Assembly: GCA_012797605.1 (NCBI GenBank)
Contig: JAAZOT010000012.1
Coordinates: 40,293 to 104,292, forward strand
Origin: Spirochaetales bacterium
GTDB lineage: Bacteria > Spirochaetota > JAAYUW01
DNA: 64,000 nucleotides
Direction of reading: 5' to 3'
Of this stretch, positions 20,462 to 29,942 are shown one piece after another (positions within the stretch are counted from its first letter, which is position 1; the number at the start of each line of letters is the position of its first letter). The notes below the pieces were generated by a model that saw only the letters and a program-made list of their open reading frames with translations, was not told the DNA's origin and searched no databases. Made by a program: the position numbers and the translations under genes.

Positions 20462-21458
20462 ATGCTCCCTTAATTTTTTGTCCTCTTTTATATCTAAAAG
20501 AATATTTGATATTTTCTTTATCTAAATAGATCATTATCAATTTTTCCTTTTTTGAAGATTTATAGTTAATTCCTTCAACTTCATTATATGAAATAAGATT
20601 TACAAAAGCAGAATATTTTCTAGCTATTTTTACAAGTTCCGAAATGGATTGTTCTGTATCGGTGATTCCATCTATCAAAATATATTCAAAAGTAATTCTT
20701 TTATCTATATTTTTTATATAAAGATCGCATTCATTTAATAATTCAGAAATATTTAAGGAATTTGGCATTATTTGTTTTCTAATATAATCGAAAGGTGAGT
20801 GTAGAGATATAGATAGTTTGACAGGGAGTCCAAGTCCAATCATTTTTTTTGCAAAATTTTTTGTACCAGAAGTCGAAATTGTAATTCTCCTTGGAGAAAA
20901 TGGTTTAATTTTATTAAAAACCAAAGCTTTAATAAATCTTTCTACATTATTGAAATTAAGGAAAGGTTCACCCATTCCCATTATAACAATATTATCAACC
21001 TTTTTTACTAATTGTTGAGCAATTAAAAATTGCCATAACATTTCACTTGATGAAAGATTTCTTGAATAACCAACATTTCCTGTAGCACAAAATTTGCAAG
21101 CCATCGGGCATCCAATTTGTGAAGATAGGCATAAAGTATTTCTACCATCATCTTTAAGTATTACCATTTCAATCAAAAAGTTATCTGCTGTTTCTAGAAG
21201 AATTTTCATCGTATCGGTTTCTTCTTCTTTCAGAATAGAAGATATTTTTAGTGGTAAGATTTCAATATTTTGAGAAAAAAATTCTTTGCTCAATTTATCT
21301 AGATTTGACATCTTATTCAAATCGAAATACGAATGAATAAAGATCCATTGAAGAAATTGTTCGATTCTGAAAGATTTAATCTTTCCTTGATTTATTATAT
21401 TTATTCTTGTTTGTTCATCCAATATTATATCAATCAAAGTGTATCTTGGATTTACCAT
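20424..21458 (-). CDS. rlmN: 23S rRNA/tRNA adenine-C2 methyltransferase RlmN (radical SAM)
   Basis: FRIEQFLQWIF N-terminal motif, CLSSQIGCPMACKFCATG (Cx3Cx2C-type cluster), IVIMGMGEPFLNF, and C-terminal GACGQL. Confidence 0.92.
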   Translation of the reverse strand: MVNPRYTLIDIILDEQTRINIINQGKIKSFRIEQFLQWIFIHSYFDLNKMSNLDKLSKEFFSQNIEILPLKISSILKEEETDTMKILLETADNFLIEMVILKDDGRNTLCLSSQIGCPMACKFCATGNVGYSRNLSSSEMLWQFLIAQQLVKKVDNIVIMGMGEPFLNFNNVERFIKALVFNKIKPFSPRRITISTSGTKNFAKKMIGLGLPVKLSISLHSPFDYIRKQIMPNSLNISELLNECDLYIKNIDKRITFEYILIDGITDTEQSISELVKIARKYSAFVNLISYNEVEGINYKSSKKEKLIMIYLDKENIKYSFRYKRGQKIKGACGQLVWERKKNQ

Positions 21459-21720
21459 TGCTTAAAAAATCTATTATAAAATTTTATAATGTCAATTTAG
21501 TTTAATGTATGATTATTTATAACATTTAAAACAAGTATTAATACTTGAAATTGCTATCTTTTGTAAGGACAATATAGTAAAATGAAAATATAACAAAGTC
21601 CAATGATTATTTTTAATCTTACCTTTTTCTACGAAAATCACTTTTCAAAGTATTAATTGATTTTTAATAGTTTTATTTATAATTATATTGCCTTGAAGAT
21701 GGTTCATTAAAGGGGTTTTT

Positions 21721-23061
21721 ATGCTAATTGACTTATTAACAGTTGAAATTGGTTCTACCATTACAAAAGTCAATGGATTTAACGGTATTGGAACAGATAA
21801 AATAATGCATGTCGGACAAGGAATCGCCCTTACAACAATAGATTCAGATGTAAGAATCGGGTATGAAAATGCAAAAAAAAATCTCATGAGCAATTTAAAT
21901 GTCTCAAAACTTGATGTTAATGATATTGTTGCAAACTCTTCAGCAGCTGGTGGATTAAAAATGGTTGCTACAGGTCTGACATGGGAAATGACTGCAAGAG
22001 CGGCAAAAGAAGCTGCATTAGGCGCAGGAGCGGTCTTAAAATATTTAACAGCAGGTCCATTGACTCAAACAGATTTAAATAGAATAATTCAAGCCAATCC
22101 CAATATGATTCTATTTGCAGGAGGGGTTGATTATGGCGAACAACAGGTGGTCCTGGAAAATGCTCAAAAACTTGCTTCATTAAATTTGAATATACCAATA
22201 ATTTTTGCTGGAAACAAGGTAATTGAGGATGAGATAAAAAATATTTTTGAAAATACAAGTTTTCTATTAGAAATTGTCCCAAATGTATATCCTTCAATAG
22301 ATGAATTTAATATCGATCCAACAAGAAAAGCTATACAGCAACTTTTTTCAAAACATATAATTCACGCAAAAGGAATAGATAAGCTTCAAGAAATAATAAA
22401 AAAGGATATAATTCCAACTCCTTATGCAGTTTTGAAAATTGCAGAAGCTTTGTATGAAAAGTTAGGTGATTTAGTTGTAATAGATGTCGGTGGTGCAACT
22501 ACCGATGTTCATTCTGTAACGGAAGGTTCATTAAAATATAAAAAACTTCTTATAGCACCAGAACCATTTGCCAAAAGAACAGTTGAAGGGGATCTTGGGG
22601 TATATGTTAATGCATTAAATCTAAAAAAATACTTAGATGAAGAATCAATTGGCTTAGATTTGCAAAAGTTATCTGCTATTCCTCAAATGGAAGAGGAAGT
22701 CTATTTATCTTTAACTTTGGCAGATAAAGCTGTTAGAACCGCTATTGAAAGGCATGCTGGACAAATATTAGAAACTTTTGGTCCAGATGGAAGAAAAATG
22801 TTTATAAAGGGGAAAGATTTAACAGCTGTAAAATATATTATTGGAAGTGGAGGAGCACTTACAAGATTGAAAAATGCAAAACAGATTTTAGAAAATATAA
22901 GAATTACAGAAGTTTATAAGAAATTATTGCCACTTCAAACTGCTGTTGTTTTGATTGATAAACGATATATACTTTCAGCATGTGGCACGATGCTTGATTA
23001 TTATAAACAAGATGCCTTAAAATTGGCTATACAATCGGTTGAAGAATCAATTGAATTATAA
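21721..23061 (+). CDS. GlmL/MutL-family (glutamate-mutase-accessory-like) actin-fold ATPase
   Basis: LLTVEIGSTITKVNGF phosphate-1-like motif, SSAAGGLKM, ILFAGGVDYGE, VVIDVGGATTDVHSV and YIIGSGGALT. About 446 aa, as in the GlmL family. Confidence 0.75.
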   Translation: MLIDLLTVEIGSTITKVNGFNGIGTDKIMHVGQGIALTTIDSDVRIGYENAKKNLMSNLNVSKLDVNDIVANSSAAGGLKMVATGLTWEMTARAAKEAALGAGAVLKYLTAGPLTQTDLNRIIQANPNMILFAGGVDYGEQQVVLENAQKLASLNLNIPIIFAGNKVIEDEIKNIFENTSFLLEIVPNVYPSIDEFNIDPTRKAIQQLFSKHIIHAKGIDKLQEIIKKDIIPTPYAVLKIAEALYEKLGDLVVIDVGGATTDVHSVTEGSLKYKKLLIAPEPFAKRTVEGDLGVYVNALNLKKYLDEESIGLDLQKLSAIPQMEEEVYLSLTLADKAVRTAIERHAGQILETFGPDGRKMFIKGKDLTAVKYIIGSGGALTRLKNAKQILENIRITEVYKKLLPLQTAVVLIDKRYILSACGTMLDYYKQDALKLAIQSVEESIEL

Positions 23062-23119
23062 AAATAGCTTTAATAAAAGCGCTTTTATCTGTGTATGATT
23101 TTTTATAATGGAGGAGTAG

Positions 23120-24244
23120 ATGTCTTGTATACTTTATTGTAACTCTTCGGCAATTGCTCATAATGTTAAATTTTTATCAAATATAATCCATAAAAGAAAT
23201 GGATATCTTTTTGGTGTAACAAAAGTTCTTTCTGGTTCACCAGAACTTGCAAAAATTTTTATAGACCATGGTTGTGATGGAATAGCGGATTCAAGATGGC
23301 AAAACTTAAAGAAAATAAGAGAATCAGATATTTTTAAGCAGAATAAAAATTACAAAAATATTCCTTTTTTAAACCTAAGATTACCAACTATTTCAGAACT
23401 GGCTCAGATCGTTAAATATTCAGAAATTTCTTTAGTTTCAGAAATATCTATCATTAAAGAGTTGGATAATGAATCAAAAAAACAAAAGAAAAGAATGCAA
23501 ATTATAGTTATGATTGATTTAGGGGATTTGAGGGAAGGATTAATTCCAGAAGATGCTAAAAATTTGGATTTCAAAAAGTGGCAGCAAGTTTTAAGTCCTT
23601 TTATTAAAGAAATTATAAAATTTAATAACATTGAATTAGTTGGTTTAGGTACAAATTTAGCTTGTTATGGAGGTATTGTACCTTCAGATGAAAATATGGA
23701 ATTATTAGTTAAGCTATATAGATGGGTAAAAGAAGAGTATAATTTACCTCTAAAGTACTTATCTGGTGCAAATTCATCTGGAATTCCTTTTTTAATTGAG
23801 GGTAAAATGCCAGAAGAGGTAAATTTATTTAGAATTGGTGAAAGTATGATTTTAGGATTAAATGTATTGAATAGAAATCCTATTGAAGGTCTAAGACATG
23901 ATACGGTAAAAATAGCTGTTGAAGTAATTGAGAAGAAATTTAAACCATCGAAACCAATAGGTAAAAGTGCTCAAAATGCATTTGGTGAATTAGTTGAATT
24001 TGAAGATAAAGGAACTATTCTTAGACTTATTTGTGCTGCTGGAAGACAGGATATATTAGTCGATGGATTAAAACCGTTGGACAATGATATAGAAATACTT
24101 GGTGCAAGTTCTGATCATTTAGAGTTACACTTAAAAAATAATTATAATAAATATGATATTGGATCATTTATAGAATTTAGTCTATCTTATGGTGCACTTT
24201 TATCAGCATCAACTTCAAAATATGTGGACTTAAAGTTTATTTGA
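23120..24244 (+). CDS. Alanine-racemase-fold PLP enzyme (ornithine-racemase / YhfX-like amino-acid racemase)
   Basis: N-terminal TIM-barrel motif FGVTKVLSGSPELAKIF (candidate PLP Lys in the VTK context), DGIADSR, MIDLGDLREG and SGANSSG, plus a C-terminal beta domain. Clearly distinct from the canonical alr at 26854-27990. Confidence 0.7.
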   Translation: MSCILYCNSSAIAHNVKFLSNIIHKRNGYLFGVTKVLSGSPELAKIFIDHGCDGIADSRWQNLKKIRESDIFKQNKNYKNIPFLNLRLPTISELAQIVKYSEISLVSEISIIKELDNESKKQKKRMQIIVMIDLGDLREGLIPEDAKNLDFKKWQQVLSPFIKEIIKFNNIELVGLGTNLACYGGIVPSDENMELLVKLYRWVKEEYNLPLKYLSGANSSGIPFLIEGKMPEEVNLFRIGESMILGLNVLNRNPIEGLRHDTVKIAVEVIEKKFKPSKPIGKSAQNAFGELVEFEDKGTILRLICAAGRQDILVDGLKPLDNDIEILGASSDHLELHLKNNYNKYDIGSFIEFSLSYGALLSASTSKYVDLKFI

Positions 24245-24437
24245 TATGAATAAATAAAGGAAAAAACAAATGAATGGTTAAATATTTATTTGAAACAACT
24301 ATTGTAGTTAACATAATGTATCTTATGGGAAGTAGTTATAATAATAAGGGGTTTACCTCAATAAAAGGAAAAATTAGAAAAAATAATAAATACATAGACA
24401 GTTTATTTTTATTTTTTTAAAGCCTATATCAACTTTA

Positions 24438-24480
24438 ATTTATTATTTATAACTTGATTTATTATTTATGATTTGATTTT
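24438..24480. repeat. About 19-bp AT-only tandem repeat (about 2.3 copies)
   Basis: atttattatttataacttg (24438-24456) and atttattatttatgatttg (24457-24475), followed by the partial atttta. Lies within the 400-bp gap between convergent genes. Confidence 0.5.
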
Positions 24481-24648
24481 AATTTAGAAAACTTGTAATT
24501 TATGAATAATTTTATATGAGAAATTTTATTAGAATTTAATAAGAATGAAAAATTAAAAAGATATAAAATAAAAACTTAGAGAAAAAGCTATATTAAAATT
24601 TAAATTAAAAATAAATTAGAAAAAATAAATTAAAAGATATTAAGAAAA

Positions 24649-25428
24649 TTACTGTAAATAAAAATGATTGGAAAACTCATTGATAAACTTTTCTAAAGCT
24701 AATATATAATCTCTAGATAGTGGTACTTTTTTCCACTTATAATTTATATCAAAATTATATAGATCTTTATTTAATCCATATGCCAATGATTCTGTTTTTC
24801 TATACTCTGCATTGTCTCCGATTGAAAAGAAGGCTTTTGACATCAACCAATATGAGAAAGATTCTTTATACTTAAAAGATTTTGAAAATAAAAAATAATT
24901 TATGCATTTATCATATATTCCAGAAAAAAAGTAATAGTACCCTATTCTGAAATATGCTTTTGCGTAAATTGTTTGTTCGTTTGGTAATACTGGAATTAAT
25001 CTATAATAAGATTGATTTATATAATCTGAGTATTTATCATTTTTTATTAATGAAAATAAAGAAGATAAAAAGTCAGAATATTTCTTTTGAAAAAAATATA
25101 TTTCAGAAATTTCATCATATACCAGAACAACCATTTCTTTTATTTGAAATTTATCTTTATATTCTAAAGATTTATTAAAATAAAATAATGCGATTTGATA
25201 TATATTTTGAATTTTATAGATTTTACCAAGATAGTAATAAACCTCGGGATAATCTGGCTTTAATTGAAGAGCTTTTTGATAATATTCAATAGCTTTGGCA
25301 TAATCTTGCAAAAAGTAATATTTATCACCTAATATTTTATATTCCCAATACTCTTGAAAAGATAAAAATAATATTAAAATTAAAAGAATAAAAAAAGAAA
25401 AAATAAGGTTGTTTCTTGTTTTTACCAT
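24649..25428 (-). CDS. Membrane-anchored TPR-repeat protein
   Basis: N-terminal TM, then TPR units (YKILGDKYYFLQDYAKAIEYYQKALQLKPDYPEVYYYLGKIYKIQNIYQIALFYFNKSLEY). Confidence 0.6.
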   Translation of the reverse strand: MVKTRNNLIFSFFILLILILFLSFQEYWEYKILGDKYYFLQDYAKAIEYYQKALQLKPDYPEVYYYLGKIYKIQNIYQIALFYFNKSLEYKDKFQIKEMVVLVYDEISEIYFFQKKYSDFLSSLFSLIKNDKYSDYINQSYYRLIPVLPNEQTIYAKAYFRIGYYYFFSGIYDKCINYFLFSKSFKYKESFSYWLMSKAFFSIGDNAEYRKTESLAYGLNKDLYNFDINYKWKKVPLSRDYILALEKFINEFSNHFYLQ

Positions 25429-25492
25429 ATAAAATCTTTATATTCAAGTTGATAGATATTGAATTTTATAAAAATCATATTGATACGATAAA

Positions 25493-26293
25493 TTAAGCAT
25501 TCTTATATATTGTCTTTTCATTTTCATATATTATAAAATTAAAAAATTCATAAAATGAATAACTATAAACATTTACTTTATTGATATTTTCATCTGAATT
25601 AAAATTTAAACTAGTCTTACCTTTTATAGCATCTTCTAATATTTTTTCTGTTTTTTCTTTAGGCAGTACAAAATTCTTAACAATTTTCAAGTTTTTCCCC
25701 GCAATAATCAAATCTGGATTATCAAGAGCATTTAAAACATATAAAGTATGAGCAGATGTATTAAATTTTAGTGCGATTTTCCACAGTGTGTCACCCCAGA
25801 TTATCTTATAATTTTCTATTTCTTTACCTTGAAATTCTTTTAATAGTAATGAGTGATAAGTTTTTATATTTTTAGAAGTAATAATCTTACCGTCAATACC
25901 TACTTTTTTTTCTGATGCAGTAATTGGCGGTGTTTGATAAGTAGTCTCTTGTTTTGTAGGTGCAACCTGTTTTTCTATAGGTTTTTGTTCTGTAACCACT
26001 GTTGGTGTAATTGGTTTTTCTTGAACTACTTTATCGATCGTAGTTGAAGTTTTTACTTCACCATTAGTCTTTCCAATATCATAAAAGGCAAAATCAACCT
26101 TTTTATCACTTTTTCTAACATCCATAGAAGTAATAGTGAATTTGTTACTAATCAATACTGAAAACAAAAGTAATAAAACAAGGAAAAAGATCAAAATAAT
26201 GGTAAGTAATGTTTGTTTTTTCTGCTTCGATGTTTCTTCAAGAAACTGCTGTTTGGATTCTGGAACTTTTGTTTTTGAAGTATAGGTAGACAT
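25493..26293 (-). CDS. LysM-domain (peptidoglycan-binding) membrane-anchored protein
   Basis: TM anchor, a T/P/Q-rich linker, and a LysM motif YKIIWGDTLWKIALKFNTSAHTLYVLNALDNPDLIIAGKNLKI. Strong AAGGAG RBS upstream. Confidence 0.75.
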   Translation of the reverse strand: MSTYTSKTKVPESKQQFLEETSKQKKQTLLTIILIFFLVLLLLFSVLISNKFTITSMDVRKSDKKVDFAFYDIGKTNGEVKTSTTIDKVVQEKPITPTVVTEQKPIEKQVAPTKQETTYQTPPITASEKKVGIDGKIITSKNIKTYHSLLLKEFQGKEIENYKIIWGDTLWKIALKFNTSAHTLYVLNALDNPDLIIAGKNLKIVKNFVLPKEKTEKILEDAIKGKTSLNFNSDENINKVNVYSYSFYEFFNFIIYENEKTIYKNA

Positions 26294-26524
26294 TTTTAAC
26301 TCCTTTTTTAAATATTCCTATAATAAGGAATCGAATCATTCGGAGTTTTTATAATGAAAGAATGATTAATAATAAATCTAGTTGTTGATTATAATTAAAC
26401 ATCCTAAACAAATTAAGATGACTGTGCAATAATAGATACATTTTTTCGTAAGAATATCAATTTTTGAATACTTTTTTATACATCTTCAGCAATTTTTAAG
26501 CTTACTAATACCATTTTTATTACA

Positions 26525-26624
26525 ATTTAAATGTTATAAAAAAGAATACACAACGTATAAAAATTACACTATAAACAAAAATATCATTGTTTTTCGTATA
26601 AATAGATTTAAATGTTATAAAAAA
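26525..26624. repeat. Exact 19-nt direct repeat, two copies 81 nt apart
   Basis: atttaaatgttataaaaaa occurs at 26525-26543 and again at 26606-26624, inside the 560-bp non-coding gap upstream of the LysM gene. Confidence 0.6.
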
Positions 26625-26853
26625 TGATAACTTTATATATTATGGAGTTGTGAAAATTTATACTCAAACTCAAAAAGAACTTAAAAGCCAAGTATTTTGC
26701 CAAATATTTTAATGACTTGTTTTAATAATTGAAAAGCTGAATTGAAATTCGAATGTATCTATATATGCTGAATATCTGATATGAGTGAATATATGATATA
26801 TTAAAATATAAAAGAAAATAAAACATAAATAAGAGTAAAAGCAATTTAGATTA

Positions 26854-27990
26854 TTAATTATCTATATAATATCGCTTTACCCTTTTACTAATCCAGCAGG
26901 TTACTTCATATGGAATTGTCGACAACTCCTGAGCTACTGTACTTGCAGTTATTTTATCAAAGCCAAAAAAAATAACTTCAGTTCCAATATTATAAAAATT
27001 ATCTTCAAGATTTATCATTGTCTGGTCCATACATACTCTACCTGCTATCTTATATTTTTTGTCATTTATAATTACTTCATGATTATTTGATAGCTTTCTA
27101 TTAAGCCCATCGGCATAACCAATAGGCACTGTTGCTATATAACAATCTTTGTCTGCAATAAAAGTTCCACCATAAGATATAGGTGTACCTTTTTTAACTC
27201 TTTTAATAAACGCGATTTCTGTTCTTAACATCATAGATGGATAAATCTTAATTGATTCTGTTGTTTCATTTGAAGGATAATAACCATAAAGCATCACTCC
27301 AGGTCTAACCATATTAAAATAACTTGAAGGTAAGTCCAGTATCGCTCCAGAATTAGCCATATGATATATTGGTATATGAATGTTTAATTCTTCAACTTTA
27401 TTTTTTAATTCTTTGAATTTTTCAATTTGATTTAAGGAAAATGCTTTATCTTTTTCATCAGATTTTGGAAAATGAGTAAATACACCTTCTAAAATTATAT
27501 TACTAGAAATATTTGCTTTTTTAATAATTTCTAGAGTTTCGGTCTCATTTGATCCAATCCTTCCCATACCAGTATCAACCTTAACATGTATCTTGGCTTT
27601 TTTGTTATTTTTTTGGCATATAGCTATAACATCTTCAAGAGATTTTAAAGAAACCACGGTCAATGTTAAGTTGTTTTCAATTGCTTTTAATATCTGATCT
27701 ACAAACGTCACACCGAAAAGAAGAATGGGAAGTTTTATATTATTTTCTCTTAATTCTAATCCTTCTTCAATAGTAGCAACACCTAAATAATCTGCTAATT
27801 TTTCTTCTTCTAACATTTTAGATATTTTAACAGCACCATGTCCATATGCATCTGCTTTGACAGCTGGACAAATCTTTACATTAGGACCAACCTTGTTTTT
27901 AATACCAATTAAATTTTTCCTGATATTATTTAAGTTAATAATAGCAGCAGTCTTTCTTTCGCCTTCAAAATTTAATTTTTCGAGTCTCAC
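26854..27990 (-). CDS. alr: Alanine racemase
   Basis: PAVKADAYGHGA (PLP-Lys motif), VATIEEG, HVKVDTGMGRIG, ANSGA, RPGVMLYGYYPS, VPIGYADG and GRVCMDQ. GTG start with AGGAG 6 nt upstream. Confidence 0.93.
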   Translation of the reverse strand: MRLEKLNFEGERKTAAIINLNNIRKNLIGIKNKVGPNVKICPAVKADAYGHGAVKISKMLEEEKLADYLGVATIEEGLELRENNIKLPILLFGVTFVDQILKAIENNLTLTVVSLKSLEDVIAICQKNNKKAKIHVKVDTGMGRIGSNETETLEIIKKANISSNIILEGVFTHFPKSDEKDKAFSLNQIEKFKELKNKVEELNIHIPIYHMANSGAILDLPSSYFNMVRPGVMLYGYYPSNETTESIKIYPSMMLRTEIAFIKRVKKGTPISYGGTFIADKDCYIATVPIGYADGLNRKLSNNHEVIINDKKYKIAGRVCMDQTMINLEDNFYNIGTEVIFFGFDKITASTVAQELSTIPYEVTCWISKRVKRYYIDN

Positions 27991-28071
27991 AAAGATCTCC
28001 TATAGCTAAAAATTAAAAAAATTATCTTTTAATAGAAATTTATAAAGCAACTTTTAATTACTAAAAAAAAA

Positions 28072-28698
28072 TTAAAGAATTATTTCCAAATCAGATATTT
28101 TTTCTTTTAATAAAAATTTAAATTCTTTAATTTTACTCTCATCAATCGACAAAGTTATTAAAGCATAATTTAAATTTTTTTCTTCAATATAGGATATATT
28201 TTGAATCTTTATATTGAAGCTTTCAAATTTATTTCTTAAAATCTCATGGATATGATATTCTAAATCTATTGGCAATCTAATCTTAATTTCTTTTAATTTT
28301 ATATAAGGTATAATATTAGCATTTCTTATAGAATTTAATACAACCTCAGAATATGCCTTTTGAAGACCTGAAGTTCCAAGTTTAATACCCCCAAAATACC
28401 GTACAACAATTACTCCTATCTGGACAAGAGCTTTTTGTTGAAGGATATATAAAATGGGCCATCCAGCTGTTTTAGCTGGTTCTCTATCATCTGAAAAATG
28501 TTCTTTTATTATATTTTCGCCTTTTATTATTCTATAAACGGGGATCACATGAGTTGCATCAAAGTATTGTTTTTTAATGGATTTATATCTATTTTGAAAT
28601 TCTTCTTCATTTTTACAGTGGAAAATAAAGGCAATGAATTTAGAATTTTTTATAGATAATTCATCTGAATATTCTTTATCAATAGTTAAATAATCCAT
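28072..28698 (-). CDS. yigZ: YigZ / IMPACT-family protein (UPF0029)
   Basis: KNSKFIAFIFHCKNEEE, ATHVIPVYRI and SDDREPAKTAGWPIL...VVRYFGGIKLGTSGLQKAY are the family's conserved blocks. Confidence 0.85.
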   Translation of the reverse strand: MDYLTIDKEYSDELSIKNSKFIAFIFHCKNEEEFQNRYKSIKKQYFDATHVIPVYRIIKGENIIKEHFSDDREPAKTAGWPILYILQQKALVQIGVIVVRYFGGIKLGTSGLQKAYSEVVLNSIRNANIIPYIKLKEIKIRLPIDLEYHIHEILRNKFESFNIKIQNISYIEEKNLNYALITLSIDESKIKEFKFLLKEKISDLEIIL

Positions 28699-29855
28699 AA
28701 TTCTTCTGCAGCTTTTACTAACCTATTCATTATTGCAAATTCTATTCCATTATCCGATAAAAAAGATCTAATTAATATATAATCGAATTTCTTTTTGTCT
28801 GCTTCTCTAAATTTTTGGTAAATCTTTTTAGCAAAATCGTATGGGTTTTCAAATGTGATATATTCTGAAATATTAATTTTTTCTTCCATATTAATCTTAT
28901 AATCAATGTTAGTTGAATTTATAAGTTTTGCATAAATAGAGTTATCTTTTGATGAATCTATTAAAAGAAACTTATTATTTAATAAAAGATTATTATTTAC
29001 ATCATTAAATTTGGTAATTCTATTAGAAAATATCTTTTTTATTCCAAAAAGATTTTCAAGTTTATCTAATTCCTCATTTGTAAAAACAAGTATCACCTTT
29101 GCCTCTGGTTTATAATGAGTATATTTCATTCCTGGTGATTTTGGGATATTGGTTTCAATCGATTTTTGAGAATAATCTATGTCTTCGAAATCAACTATTA
29201 AATCTTCTTTTGTTATAAGACCAGGTCTTAAAATATACGGTTTTTCTGATGATAGATCAACTACGGTGGATTCAATTCCATAAACTGAATTTCCACCATC
29301 TATTATATAGTATATTTTATCTTTAAAATCATGGTAAACATCTTCAGCTATAGTACAGGAAGGTCTTCCTGAAATGTTGGCCGATGGCGCAGATATTGGT
29401 ACTCCACATTTTTTTATAAAAATTTTAGCAACTCTATGGTCGGGGTATCTTATAGCAACTGTCGGTAAATTTCCCCTTGTAATTTCTGGTATAACTTTAA
29501 CATTTGCAGGCAAGATAAACGAAATTGGTCCCGGCCAAAATTTAATTGCTTTTCTTATTCTTTCTTCAATTGTTCTTTTTAACCTGTTTTTAGAAATATC
29601 TATTAACTTATATAAATCATCTTCAGAAGCTATATGAACTATTAGTGGATTATCAGAAGGTCTTCCCTTTATTTTAAATATCTTTTCTACCGCATTTTTA
29701 TCAAGTGCATTAGCCCCAAGGCCATATACTGTTTCAGTGGGGAAAGCGATTATATTTGAATTTTTTATTTCATTTGAGGCAATCTCAATCATATTTTCTA
29801 TTTGAATATCAGTAAGCTTTGAAAAATCCTTTAAATCTATTATTTTGGTTTCCAT
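28686..29855 (-). CDS. L-threonylcarbamoyladenylate synthase (Sua5/YwlC long form; t6A)
   Basis: YrdC domain (IIAFPTETVYGLGANALD, IKGRPSDNPLIVHI, ISAPSANISGRPS) plus a C-terminal Sua5 domain with an extension. Overlaps the yigZ start by 13 nt. Confidence 0.9.
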   Translation of the reverse strand: METKIIDLKDFSKLTDIQIENMIEIASNEIKNSNIIAFPTETVYGLGANALDKNAVEKIFKIKGRPSDNPLIVHIASEDDLYKLIDISKNRLKRTIEERIRKAIKFWPGPISFILPANVKVIPEITRGNLPTVAIRYPDHRVAKIFIKKCGVPISAPSANISGRPSCTIAEDVYHDFKDKIYYIIDGGNSVYGIESTVVDLSSEKPYILRPGLITKEDLIVDFEDIDYSQKSIETNIPKSPGMKYTHYKPEAKVILVFTNEELDKLENLFGIKKIFSNRITKFNDVNNNLLLNNKFLLIDSSKDNSIYAKLINSTNIDYKINMEEKINISEYITFENPYDFAKKIYQKFREADKKKFDYILIRSFLSDNGIEFAIMNRLVKAAEELWII

Positions 29856-29942
29856 TTTAGTTTAATTATAAAAAAATTTATTTATAAAAAATTATAATTC
29901 ATTTTTTCAATTTATTATAATAAAAATTACAGTTTAAATTAT

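Noticed and set aside
21447-21461. A sigma54-like element, TGGATTTACCATTGC, with correct GG-N10-GC spacing on the + strand.
   Set aside because: It lies inside the first codons of rlmN and 260 nt from the nearest + strand start codon. The -24 box is TGGA rather than TGGC. GG-N10-GC matches are frequent by chance.
23075-23086. The AAAAGCGCTTTT palindrome between the glmL-like and racemase-like genes, considered as a possible terminator.
   Set aside because: It is a 12-nt perfect palindrome with no loop, so a stable hairpin stem would be at most about 4 bp. The two genes are more likely co-transcribed.
24316-24420. A 34-aa ORF (MYLMGSSYNNKGFTSIKGKIRKNNKYIDSLFLFF) in the convergent-gene gap.
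   Set aside because: There is no Shine-Dalgarno sequence upstream and no recognisable peptide family, and an ORF of this length is expected by chance. It is kept only as a note inside the gap finding.
26685-26704. A sigma54-like element on the minus strand, TTGGCAAAATACTTGGCTT, in the long LysM upstream gap.
   Set aside because: The -24 TGGCA is good, but the invariant -12 GC is replaced by GG at the correct spacing (TTGG, not TTGC). It also sits about 390 nt from the LysM start. It is not convincing without transcript data.
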